Assembly: GCA_948443845.1 (NCBI GenBank)
Contig: CAOJUE010000008.1
Coordinates: 1,822 to 65,821, forward strand
Direction: 5' to 3'
Length of the DNA: 64,000 nucleotides
Origin: an uncultured Eubacteriales bacterium
GTDB taxonomy: Bacteria > Bacillota > Clostridia > TANB77 > CAG-508
Shown here: positions 37,918-46,723 of the stretch, one piece after another
How the letters are laid out: every line of letters begins with the position of its first letter
Numbering within the stretch: position 1 is the stretch's first letter
The notes under the pieces: generated by a model
Told to the model about the DNA's origin: nothing
What the model saw: the letters and a program-made list of their open reading frames with translations, nothing else
Databases searched by the model: none
Translations under genes and position numbers: made by a program

Positions 37918-39120
37918 TTAATCTTTTTCATCTCTACGATACCAAAACTCTATGTATTTCTCTATTTTATCATTCGTTTCATCTTTTTCAACTATTTTCA
38001 TTAATTTTTTATACACTTCTAAATTTATTTTTTCATCAAAATATGCTTTTTTTAGAGCCGTTCCTCTTATTTTAAAATTCTCAAATTGCTCTTTTAATTC
38101 TTTATTATCAGGATTTCTTCTAGTTCTCATTATTTTTACTTGATAAATTTTATTATATGTAGAAATGGCTGGATCTTGTTCAGCTTTTTGAGCATATTTT
38201 TTCTTTGCTCCAACATCTTTACAAGTACTGCCATCTAAATGTTTGTAATCACAATATATTTCATCTATTCTATGCGTAGGTATAAAATATTTGCCATCAT
38301 TTTCACAAGTTTTAATTGGCATAGTATTTCTTGTTACAATTAATTCTAATATTCTATAACATAAACTATAACAACCATGCTCTGTTTTATAACTTAAATT
38401 ACTACTTACTCTAATTTCTTCTTTTTCTATTAATTTTAGTATTTCACTTAAAGATTTATTTAAATCTGTATCATTAAAATTTTCAGTTATATTTTCTAAA
38501 GATAGTGTATAATTATTTTGTATGACAAATAAATCCCTATTTAGCAATGTGAATGCTCTTAATTTTGAAATACGATTAACTTCTTTATCTCTATTATCTC
38601 CATTCAAATTGTAAATATAATCTACACATTTTCTAAAATTCACTTGATAACCTTGAAAAAACTTTTTCACATAATCATACCATTTTTTTGCATATTCTAT
38701 AAAATCCACTTCAGAATCAAATAACCATTGATTTCGTTCAGAATATTGGTCTTCATCAATCTTAGAATAATCATCGCATCCATAAGCAAAAAAGAAAGTA
38801 TTATAGGCAGTATAAAAATTGGTAAAATCAGCATTTAGAAATCTCATCAATAGCATTCCAAAACGTTCTACAACTGGAGTTCTATTTATATACATTTTTT
38901 TAGAAGAAGGTTTTACTGTTGAAATATCTTCTTTTAATTCTCTTAAAATAATTTTACGTTTGTCAAAAGTTATTCTAGTATTAGTTGCATAATAATCATA
39001 TAAATTTGTTGTATAAAATTCAAGATTATTTTCTGGACAAAATGTCATTTCAATTTTTTTGAAAAAATCAAAAGTAAATAATTGTGTAGAAATACTTATA
39101 TTATTGTCTTTTTCACTCAT
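37918..39120 (-). CDS. hypothetical protein (cargo), Cys-containing C-terminal region
   Basis: 400-aa ORF. ...CENDGKYFIPTHRIDEIYCDYKHLDGSTCKDVGAKKKY... No family recognised with confidence. Confidence 0.6.
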   Translation of the reverse strand: MSEKDNNISISTQLFTFDFFKKIEMTFCPENNLEFYTTNLYDYYATNTRITFDKRKIILRELKEDISTVKPSSKKMYINRTPVVERFGMLLMRFLNADFTNFYTAYNTFFFAYGCDDYSKIDEDQYSERNQWLFDSEVDFIEYAKKWYDYVKKFFQGYQVNFRKCVDYIYNLNGDNRDKEVNRISKLRAFTLLNRDLFVIQNNYTLSLENITENFNDTDLNKSLSEILKLIEKEEIRVSSNLSYKTEHGCYSLCYRILELIVTRNTMPIKTCENDGKYFIPTHRIDEIYCDYKHLDGSTCKDVGAKKKYAQKAEQDPAISTYNKIYQVKIMRTRRNPDNKELKEQFENFKIRGTALKKAYFDEKINLEVYKKLMKIVEKDETNDKIEKYIEFWYRRDEKD

Positions 39121-39160
39121 TTTTTTACCACCTTTGTTATAAATTTAAAAATATTTCCAA

Positions 39161-39350
39161 ATATCTGTTGACATTTTATGGAATTAAATGTATAATGCAG
39201 TTAATAGATATTTAAAATGCTTTTGATATTTTTGACATTTAGAGCTGTGAATATAAGATAATGTTAATAGATATTTAATCAACATCTAATATCTTTGACA
39301 TTTCTATTATATCAAATTAAACAAAAATGTCAATAGATTAAGCAAATTTA
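39161..39350. repeat. three degenerate tandem copies of a 63-65-bp unit upstream of xis, including a consensus promoter
   Basis: ATATCTKTTGACATTT at 39161, 39226 and 39289. GTTAATAGATATTTAA at 39200 and 39263, with TGTCAATAGATTAAG at 39328. TTGACA-17-TATAAT at 39168-39196. Confidence 0.7.
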
Positions 39351-39392
39351 TATGTCTATGATATTAATGAAAACAGAAAGGAGGAAAAAATT

Positions 39393-39584
39393 ATGACTGA
39401 TCCAGAATTTTATACAACCGCAGATGTAAGAAGAATATTAGGAATCGGCAATAAAACCTGTTTAGATTTATTTCATCGTTCTGACTTCCCTTGCATCAAA
39501 TTTGGCAAATCATTTAAAGTTTCTGTACCAGCATTTAACGAATATGTTAGTACAAGAAGAGTTTTTAGTGAAGTAAACGAATAG
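39393..39584 (+). CDS. xis: excisionase-family DNA-binding protein
   Basis: 63 aa. YTTADVRRILGIGNKTCLDLFHRSDFPCIKFGKSFKV. Directly upstream of the integrase. Confidence 0.75.
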   Translation: MTDPEFYTTADVRRILGIGNKTCLDLFHRSDFPCIKFGKSFKVSVPAFNEYVSTRRVFSEVNE

Positions 39585-39743
39585 TAGAATAAAAAGAAGA
39601 TTTAAATATGCGACATTTAAACCTTCACAATACTATTTAAAACTCAAATATCTACAAGGAAAACCTTGCTATAGTATTTAAAATAATTATACACTAAATA
39701 TTTAATCATAGCAAGAGTTTTCCCAAAAATTTTATAGAAAGGA

Positions 39744-41147
39744 ATGAATTTAATGGGAGATATAAAAGGAATATCTTATGGTGTATATTTAGATAGAAGA
39801 ATAAAGCCATCACGAGTATCTTTGCATAAAGATCTTAAACCTAGAGAAGTTTGTGAAAAATGTAAAAATAAAAGTGTTTGTAAATATGGAAACATCAGTA
39901 AATTTGAGAATGAAAAAATTTTCTCAAATAATATTGAATGTGAAGAAATGTATTTTACAATATCACGAAAGGCTTCATTAACCATTAGCAGAGATAAAAC
40001 GACAGGTAAAGAAAGAAAACAGAGTTTTACTGGTAACACAAAAGAAGAAGCAATTAGTAGAGCATTAGCTGCCAAAATTGAATTAGAAAAAAGTGGTGGA
40101 GTTAGAACAATCACAAAAAGCAATAAAACAATGGTTGATCTCATTTCAAACGTGATAGATGAGAGATTTAATTTAGGAAATATAAAACCGAATACCTGTA
40201 GAAGAAAAAGAAAAACATTGAAAAAGTTACAAAATGAAAAAGTTGCTAATATTCCTATTGTTAAGGTTAAACGAGATGATATAGTCAAATATTTAGAAAC
40301 ATTAAAGCCTTATTCTGAAAGTACGATAAAACAAATTTATGAACTAATTTGTATGGCTTTCGGTCAAGCAACTTATGAGCATATTATAAACGATAATTTT
40401 ATGACAGGTTGGAAAAGAGTTGAAAAGCCGAAAAGCGAATATAAAAGTCATAAAAGAAAAGCATTAACAATTGATGAGCAGAAAAAGTTAGTTGATTATT
40501 TAAACTCAGTAGATTACAAAGATTGTCGTCATAAATATCTACTTTTACTATTATTAAGTACAGGAATGAGAATCGGTGAAGCATTAGTGCTGGATTATGA
40601 AAAAGATATTGATTTAGAAACTGGCGAAATTCATATTAGAAGAACTCAAACAAAAAATTTGGAAGGAAAAGCAATTATCGGAGAAACAGCAAAAACATCT
40701 AATGGGCAAAGAACTTTAAATATGAATAATATAAGTAAACAAATCATTAAAAACATACTAGACCACAAAATTGAAAATAAGAATCATTTACTATTTTGTA
40801 AAGAAGATAAGACAATGTATACTGAAAATACGATAAATAGTGCTTTAAAGAGAATCGCAGTGAAGTTAGAAATTGGAATTTATAAAGAAGAAAACAAGCA
40901 AGGAAAACTAATTAAAAAGACTGATGTTCATACTCACATGTTAAGAGGAACTTTTGCTACAAGATGTGCTGAAGCTAAAATTGCACCTGCCGTTTTGAAA
41001 AAAATATTAGGACATTCTGACATTACTGTTACAATGCAATACTATGTGGATGTTGACACAGAATTTGAAAAATCCGAAAATAAAAATGTTGAAGATTATC
41101 TAAAAGATAAAGATATTTTCGGAATAGACTTTACACAAGAAACTTAA
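39744..41147 (+). CDS. int: tyrosine-type site-specific integrase (Tn916-Int-like) with a small Cys cluster in the N-terminal arm-binding region
   Basis: RIGEALVL, HTHMLRGTFATRC and LGHSDITVTMQYY catalytic motifs. CEKCKNKSVC near the N-terminus. Confidence 0.9.
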   Translation: MNLMGDIKGISYGVYLDRRIKPSRVSLHKDLKPREVCEKCKNKSVCKYGNISKFENEKIFSNNIECEEMYFTISRKASLTISRDKTTGKERKQSFTGNTKEEAISRALAAKIELEKSGGVRTITKSNKTMVDLISNVIDERFNLGNIKPNTCRRKRKTLKKLQNEKVANIPIVKVKRDDIVKYLETLKPYSESTIKQIYELICMAFGQATYEHIINDNFMTGWKRVEKPKSEYKSHKRKALTIDEQKKLVDYLNSVDYKDCRHKYLLLLLLSTGMRIGEALVLDYEKDIDLETGEIHIRRTQTKNLEGKAIIGETAKTSNGQRTLNMNNISKQIIKNILDHKIENKNHLLFCKEDKTMYTENTINSALKRIAVKLEIGIYKEENKQGKLIKKTDVHTHMLRGTFATRCAEAKIAPAVLKKILGHSDITVTMQYYVDVDTEFEKSENKNVEDYLKDKDIFGIDFTQET

Positions 41148-41286
41148 AAAACTTTGCAAAACAAAAGAAAAGTACAGAATAATTTACAGAATTTAAAAGG
41201 ATTTTGGTTGAAAAATCTTCTGTAAATTTTCTCTGTAAAGAATATTAAAACTTTAAAATATTGAAATTAAAAGAAAAATAGCATTT

Positions 41287-41309
41287 GAGGTGTAGCCTCA
41301 CCTCGACCA
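41287..41309 (+). repeat. tRNA-Pro relic / acceptor-stem minihelix, including the att direct repeat copy 2
   Basis: GAGGTGTAGC equals tRNA nt 2-11, CT is a linker, and CACCTCGACCA matches the tRNA 3-prime end (the match extends one base into the linker, giving the 12-nt repeat TCACCTCGACCA at 41298-41309). Confidence 0.8.
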
Positions 41310-41310
41310 A

Positions 41311-41340
41311 AAATACCCTATTTTAGGGTATTTTTTTATA
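41311..41340 (+). terminator. hairpin terminator directly after att copy 2
   Basis: AAATACCCT-ATTTT-AGGGTATTT followed by TTTT. Confidence 0.65.
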
Positions 41341-41632
41341 TCTTTCAATATCTGAAAACAGCTTAAAATGGGGATTTTTTATTTTTCTATATCTTGAAAT
41401 ATTTTTTTCTATCAGAAAAACTGCATTAAAAATTACATTAAAAAAATTTTTTTATAGAAAAAACTGCATTAAAATTGCAATAAAAATTTCTTTTGAAAGT
41501 GTTGGTAAATAAAGAATTGAAAGATTGATGTGAAAATTTTTTATTTTTTTATATCAGAAAATATTTTTTTGTATTAAAAAACTGTAATAAAAATTACATT
41601 ATAATAGAAAAACAGAACAATTGTTCTGTTTT

Positions 41633-42706
41633 TTAATCCAAATCAGGAATATTTCCATCTAAACATTTAGCATTTGTATGAGCTAGTACTCGTCCCACTG
41701 GTGTAATACTAATACCACATTTTATAATATTATCGTTCCACCAATTCTTAACTTTTAAAATATTAGGATATTTTTCTATAAGTTTACAAAATCTTTCTTT
41801 AGCTTCATTTATATTTTCACTAGATACATCATATAAATCATGAATTTCATTTAATATAGTATTTACTTTGATTGGCTGATTTGATATAAATGTATCTTTA
41901 ATCTTATTTCGTTTTACAACATCTATTCGTATATGATTATCTATTAAAGAATTAGAAAATACATCTTTTTCATCAATATTAATTTGTTTTATTAAATTTT
42001 TAGCTCTTTGATAGTTTTCAGAATTTATATCTATACCAGCACAAGAATATCCAGATAATAAATTAGGATAAAATTCATCAAAATTCTTATAAGTTAAAAG
42101 TGATTGTCTTCTTACAGCATTAACTATTTCCAAATTATCAATAATCTTTTCATTATATGGAATTTCTTTATTTATTAATATGTTTGCATACATATTATCT
42201 AATGTTTGTAATCCTAATTCAATATTTCCACTATTAGGAACAAATCCGTCCACACATAAAAAAATTGTTAAAAAAAGTAGTGCATCATCAGAAATTTTAT
42301 CTGCTATTTCTATTGCTTTATTAGTTGCTGCAACTGTTGTAAAATCTTCTTTTTTATTTACTCTATGTATTAACATCTCTGAAAGTATTTCATAACAACT
42401 ACGATTGTCCGTACATATTGCAGTTTTTTCAACATTTCTAAAAAAAATTTGAATTGCTGGCTCACTAAAGCATTCAATTAAATTTGACTTTACTAGCTTG
42501 GGTAAAAATATTTCAGAGAACTCATTTAAACGGTTCCTTGCAATGTTTTCTGCAACTAGAGAATTTTCTTTCAGAGCTACATCAATTTCGTTTTTTACGA
42601 TTTGTGTAACATCTGTTAATGTTAAACCATAATTGTTTTCTATTTTCTCTGTTTGAATTTGTACAGAATTATTGCCTGCCTTTTGCGATTGATTACTCTC
42701 TTTCAT
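41633..42706 (-). CDS. hypothetical 357-aa protein, partner of the upstream small TM protein
   Basis: ATG 6 nt after AGGTG. The N-terminus NQSQKAGNNSVQIQTEKI mirrors the tail of the small TM protein. No catalytic motif recognised. Confidence 0.65.
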   Translation of the reverse strand: MKESNQSQKAGNNSVQIQTEKIENNYGLTLTDVTQIVKNEIDVALKENSLVAENIARNRLNEFSEIFLPKLVKSNLIECFSEPAIQIFFRNVEKTAICTDNRSCYEILSEMLIHRVNKKEDFTTVAATNKAIEIADKISDDALLFLTIFLCVDGFVPNSGNIELGLQTLDNMYANILINKEIPYNEKIIDNLEIVNAVRRQSLLTYKNFDEFYPNLLSGYSCAGIDINSENYQRAKNLIKQINIDEKDVFSNSLIDNHIRIDVVKRNKIKDTFISNQPIKVNTILNEIHDLYDVSSENINEAKERFCKLIEKYPNILKVKNWWNDNIIKCGISITPVGRVLAHTNAKCLDGNIPDLD

Positions 42707-42854
42707 TGATATCACCTACTTGAATTTGAACTCCATTATTTTTGGCTTTTTGAGTTTGTGTAATTTTTTTGTTATATCCTATAAAATATCCTATTATTCC
42801 TGATATTATTGTGCATATACCACCTATTATCGATGCTAGTATAGTGCTATCCAT
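42693..42854 (-). CDS. small single-pass membrane protein (53 aa)
   Basis: MDSTILASIIGGICTIISGIIGYFIGY TM, then TQTQKAKNNGVQIQVGDINERE. AGGAG lies upstream and the 3-prime end overlaps the next gene by 14 nt. Confidence 0.6.
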   Translation of the reverse strand: MDSTILASIIGGICTIISGIIGYFIGYNKKITQTQKAKNNGVQIQVGDINERE

Positions 42855-42986
42855 ATTTATTTTCTCCTTTTTCATTTTTAACTTATTATAAATTAATTTA
42901 TCACATATTCTACTAATTTTCAATATATAAATGTAATAAATAAAAATAGAGTAACTGACATCAAATTTCAATTACTCTACTAATTT

Positions 42987-44465
42987 TTACCCAACTTCTT
43001 CTAAAACTTCATACCACTTTAAAATTTCATCCATACAATCCTTCAACTGTTCTTTATGCTTATCTTTTAAATGACTTTCCTTTACACGCTTCATAAGATT
43101 TGTCATTTCTCTTTGTACCATTTCATATTCACTACACTCAAAATCATACAACAACCCATTTTCTTGATAATAATTGTAAACATTTTCATCAAATCTATTT
43201 TCATACGCTGCAAATACATCGGTATAAGTATCTAAAGTTTCTTTTACACTCTTATGTCCTAATATCTTCTGCAAAACATGTGCTGGCATACCACTTTCAA
43301 TTTGCCTTGTTGCAAAGCTATGCCTTAATATATGCGAAGTACAATTTTTATTTTTGGTTATTTTATACTTTTGGCAAAAACGCTTAATTGCACAAGTTAT
43401 CATATTCGTAGTAATTAAATCTCCATTTTCTCTACAAAACAGTAGATTATTTTTATTATCAATCGCACTTGCTATGCAATCTTTTAAAATTTTCTCCACA
43501 TCAGCAGTCATTTTTATATCTCTATAACCACTATATGTTTTGGTTCTATCACCTAAAATAGTGATTTCCTTTCCATTTTCATCTTCTGAAACTGTTAAAG
43601 TATTATTGACATGGATTATCTTTTCTTCAAAATCAATGTCCTTATCTTTATCCAAAGCAAGGACTTCGCCCATTCTCATGCCTGTCGAAATCGACAACAA
43701 CCATTCATTTTGATATTGATGTGGCTTATCTAACGCATGAATTGTTTGAATAAACTTCCTTTGCTCATTTACCGTTAAAGCAACTACTTTGGAAAATGGC
43801 TGTTTACTTCTCGGCTTTCTAATTTCAGATGTTTTAATAGGATTGTGCAATATAACATTTTTCGCAATTGCTCTTTGAAAACCTGCATTTAACATGCCAT
43901 AATCCTTTTTAATAATGGAATCTGAATATCTCGTCCTTGTTGCTAAAAAATCTTTGATTTCATCTGTTGTTATTTTCTGAATAGGCTTATGCACTATTTC
44001 TGCTTTTGATAACCTTTTTAAAGTTTGTTTATTGGTAATATAGGCACTATCTCCAGTTTCATTTAACTTTTTTCTATCTTCAATAACTTCTAACATCATC
44101 CCATATAAAGTTGCATTGTTTTTACCAATATATTTTCCTGTTTCAATATCGCTCGAAACTTTATTTTTCTTACTGGCAACTTCCTTTTGGTTTTTGCCAT
44201 ATACAGAAGATGCTCGTTTTCCACTTTTAGTTGAACATTGTCCAACCCAATGCTTGTAAAAATAAAATTTATCACAATATTCATTATATTTTGTACAATT
44301 CTTACAAGTATCGCATTTGTTACAATCTTCTCTATTATTACAAATTGTTCTATCTTTACAATTTTTGCAATTTTCACATTCTGGCATCACTTTTTTTGTT
44401 TTCGGTCGCTTTTGTTTTTGAGTGGTTTGATAAAGTGTGCCTTCGCCATTTGCTCGTCTTTTCAT
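42987..44465 (-). CDS. int: tyrosine-type site-specific integrase with a 9-Cys insertion in the N-terminal domain
   Basis: RMGEVLAL, HILRHSFATRQ and LGHKSVKETLDTYTDV catalytic motifs. CENCKNCKDRTICNNREDCNKCDTCKNCTKYNEYC at residues about 29-65. Confidence 0.9.
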   Translation of the reverse strand: MKRRANGEGTLYQTTQKQKRPKTKKVMPECENCKNCKDRTICNNREDCNKCDTCKNCTKYNEYCDKFYFYKHWVGQCSTKSGKRASSVYGKNQKEVASKKNKVSSDIETGKYIGKNNATLYGMMLEVIEDRKKLNETGDSAYITNKQTLKRLSKAEIVHKPIQKITTDEIKDFLATRTRYSDSIIKKDYGMLNAGFQRAIAKNVILHNPIKTSEIRKPRSKQPFSKVVALTVNEQRKFIQTIHALDKPHQYQNEWLLSISTGMRMGEVLALDKDKDIDFEEKIIHVNNTLTVSEDENGKEITILGDRTKTYSGYRDIKMTADVEKILKDCIASAIDNKNNLLFCRENGDLITTNMITCAIKRFCQKYKITKNKNCTSHILRHSFATRQIESGMPAHVLQKILGHKSVKETLDTYTDVFAAYENRFDENVYNYYQENGLLYDFECSEYEMVQREMTNLMKRVKESHLKDKHKEQLKDCMDEILKWYEVLEEVG

Positions 44466-44624
44466 ATTTTATCCTCCTTAGACTAAATGAATCGAGTTTC
44501 CTCTTAAACGGAGTAGATTATGCTTTTAAAATTTAGTCAAGGCTGGGCATAGCCCATTTATTTTAGCCTTGATAAAATTTTATAAAGCATAGTATAATTG
44601 CGAAAAGAGGATAAGGAGTGTTTT

Positions 44625-46040
44625 TTATAAAAAACCAATTACTCTTTTATTTTCTATTTCATATTTACTACGATTTCGCTCTATTACAACATTTATATCT
44701 TCCAAAGTAATTTCATTCCTATTTACAAAACCACTACTTTTTATCACTCGATTTGCTTGTATCATTTTTAACTGTTCTGCAATATTTCTAATCTCTCTTG
44801 CATTTCCAAAATTTTTAATTTTTCTAATATCCAAAAAATATTGAATTAAGAACTCTTTACAATTTTCATTCACAAACAAATCATCTTCTTTTAAATACTT
44901 TTCAAATATTGCAAAAAGCTCATTATTTGTATAATTTTCAAAATCTATCACAAAATTCACTCTACTTTTCAATCCAGAATTCATTTCAATAAATTCCTTC
45001 ATCTCATTTGTATAACCTGCGAATATAACACAAAGTTTATCTTTTCGATTTTCCATTTCACGAATTAAAATATCAATCACATTATGCCCGTAGTCTCTTG
45101 AATACTTGTCCGAATAAAGTGAATATGCTTCGTCAATGAATAAGATTCCACCAGTCGCTTTTTCAATTATCTGCATCGTTTTTTCTTCGGTTTCGCCAAT
45201 ATGTCTGCCAACCAAATCTGCTCTTGTTACTTCCACAAAAATTTTTTCATTACTTAATATTTTCATTTCAGATAATATTTCTCCAAGTAGCCTTGCAACT
45301 GTTGTTTTTCCTGTTCCGGGATTGCCAAGAAAGAACATATGCAACATCGGAATCTTATTTTTGAATTTTTGCAATTTCAAATAATCAATAATCTCATTTA
45401 AAGTTGCTTTTACTTTTGATAAACCAACTAATTTTTGTAATTCTTCCATTGCATTTTTTGTTTTCTCTTCTTTCAAAAATTCTGCAAAATAACTGTCTTT
45501 CACAATGTGGCTTTTCAATTTATTGGCTTCGCTACATGCTATTAAAACTGCTTTTTTAGCCTCTTGTATGTTTTGCTTAGAGAAAAACTCTAAAACATTT
45601 GAATTTTTCTCTAACTCAAAACCATTTTCATGAAGAATATTGAAAATAGTAGATTTGTTCATTTCTTCCAAAGTTCCATTGTTTAAATCTATTATCCAAT
45701 AAAAATCCTTAAATCTCTTGTCTGTCGGTAAAAATTTTTCTTTAGTAGTTTTAACAATATAAACAGAATCGCCAAAAACTGTTGTAAAATTTCTATCATT
45801 CTCAATTTCTATACAAACATCGCCTAACTTACTTTTCAAAATATTTTGAATTAAATTGACAACTTTCTCTAAATGAATTTGCGTATAATCATTGATTACA
45901 ACATGATAATTCTTGATTGAAAAATCTTTTTCAACTGTCAAATCAACATATTTCAAATAATTATACAATTCTCTTTTGACTTTTTCATGAATTGCTAAAG
46001 TACGAATTTGCTTTTTGATTTTTTTATTCTTGTCGCTCAT
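44625..46040 (-). CDS. AAA+ ATPase of the CbbX/SpoVK/EccA type with an uncharacterised ~230-aa N-terminal region
   Basis: MFFLGNPGTGKTTVARLLGEIL Walker A, GGILFIDEAYSL Walker B, VIFAGY and GNAREIRN sensor-2-like motifs. Confidence 0.8.
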   Translation of the reverse strand: MSDKNKKIKKQIRTLAIHEKVKRELYNYLKYVDLTVEKDFSIKNYHVVINDYTQIHLEKVVNLIQNILKSKLGDVCIEIENDRNFTTVFGDSVYIVKTTKEKFLPTDKRFKDFYWIIDLNNGTLEEMNKSTIFNILHENGFELEKNSNVLEFFSKQNIQEAKKAVLIACSEANKLKSHIVKDSYFAEFLKEEKTKNAMEELQKLVGLSKVKATLNEIIDYLKLQKFKNKIPMLHMFFLGNPGTGKTTVARLLGEILSEMKILSNEKIFVEVTRADLVGRHIGETEEKTMQIIEKATGGILFIDEAYSLYSDKYSRDYGHNVIDILIREMENRKDKLCVIFAGYTNEMKEFIEMNSGLKSRVNFVIDFENYTNNELFAIFEKYLKEDDLFVNENCKEFLIQYFLDIRKIKNFGNAREIRNIAEQLKMIQANRVIKSSGFVNRNEITLEDINVVIERNRSKYEIENKRVIGFL

Positions 46041-46042
46041 TG

Positions 46043-46329
46043 TTACTCTTGCTCCAATAATTGTATAATTTTATAGCAATCCTTAAATCCTTGCTTATAC
46101 AAATACATACTTTCAACATGCATTAATTCATAAAAGCAATCAAAAAATCTGTCTTCTAATTCAAACTTATCTTTTTTATCTTTAAGTAAATCATCAACAA
46201 ATTTGTGCAACTTTTCTAGTAAATCATTGTATTGTTTTTCTTCGCTTTTATCGTTTTACTATGCACATTTTTGCTTTCCTGTAGGAAATAATCAATATTT
46301 TCCTGAAATTCATCTCTTATTTTTGACAT
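46043..46329 (-). pseudogene. small helical protein gene, apparent -1 frameshift in an A-run
   Basis: MSKIRDEFQENIDYFLQESKNVHSK..., then in another frame EEKQYNDLLEKLHKFVDDLLKDKKDKFELEDRFFDCFYELMHVESMYLYKQGFKDCYKIIQLLEQE. The stop overlaps the AAA+ start region. Confidence 0.45.
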
Positions 46330-46478
46330 AAAAAATCCTCTCCTTTTTAAAAATTTTTTTTAATTTTAGTTGAAAGTAGAGGACTACATATGCTATAATA
46401 GATGTGTAGTTCTACTTTCGAGTAGGACTCGACTGGGGAATAGTGCAATAGATTGACTGTCAGAGCACTATTTCCTTT

Positions 46479-46645
46479 TTATTTATCCAACTTTCTAATG
46501 CCTCTACGAATACCTTCCATTTTTGAAACATTTTCTTTCTTACAGTATTTTTCTAATATATCTAATGTTTCATCATCAACTCTTACTGTCAACTTCGTAT
46601 TCTTAGGATTTTCTGTCGGACGTCCTAGTTTTTTCGCAGTCAATA
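46479..46645 (-). CDS. ribbon-helix-helix (CopG-like) protein, 55 aa, absent from the ORF track
   Basis: TTG start 6 nt after AAGGAGG. (M)TAKKLGRPTENPKNTKLTVRVDDETLDILEKYCKKENVSKMEGIRRGIRKLDK. Confidence 0.7.
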
Positions 46646-46723
46646 TGCACCTCCTTTTCTGACTGTCATAAATATAATAACATTTAGACAGTCAAAAGTC
46701 AAGGATTTTTTATAATATTTTTA

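Larger units (their letters stand above)
31503..41309. mobile_element. integrative mobilizable element 1 (about 9.8 kb) inserted in the tRNA-Pro 3-prime end
   Basis: Bounded by TCACCTCGACCA at 31491-31502 and 41298-41309. Carries RepA_N, TnpV, MobC, relaxase, Xis and Int. TTCTGTAA motifs near both ends. No T4SS. Confidence 0.8.

Noticed and set aside
44096-44377. 93-aa same-strand alternative-frame ORF inside the element 2 integrase
   Set aside because: There is no SD and the sequence is Ile/Val/Asn-rich and non-protein-like. It overlaps the Cys-cluster coding region, whose AAT/TGT/AAA-rich codons happen to avoid stops.
46453-46662. 69-aa plus-strand ORF
   Set aside because: It is antisense to a much more convincing 55-aa ribbon-helix-helix gene (46479-46645, minus strand) that has a strong SD.
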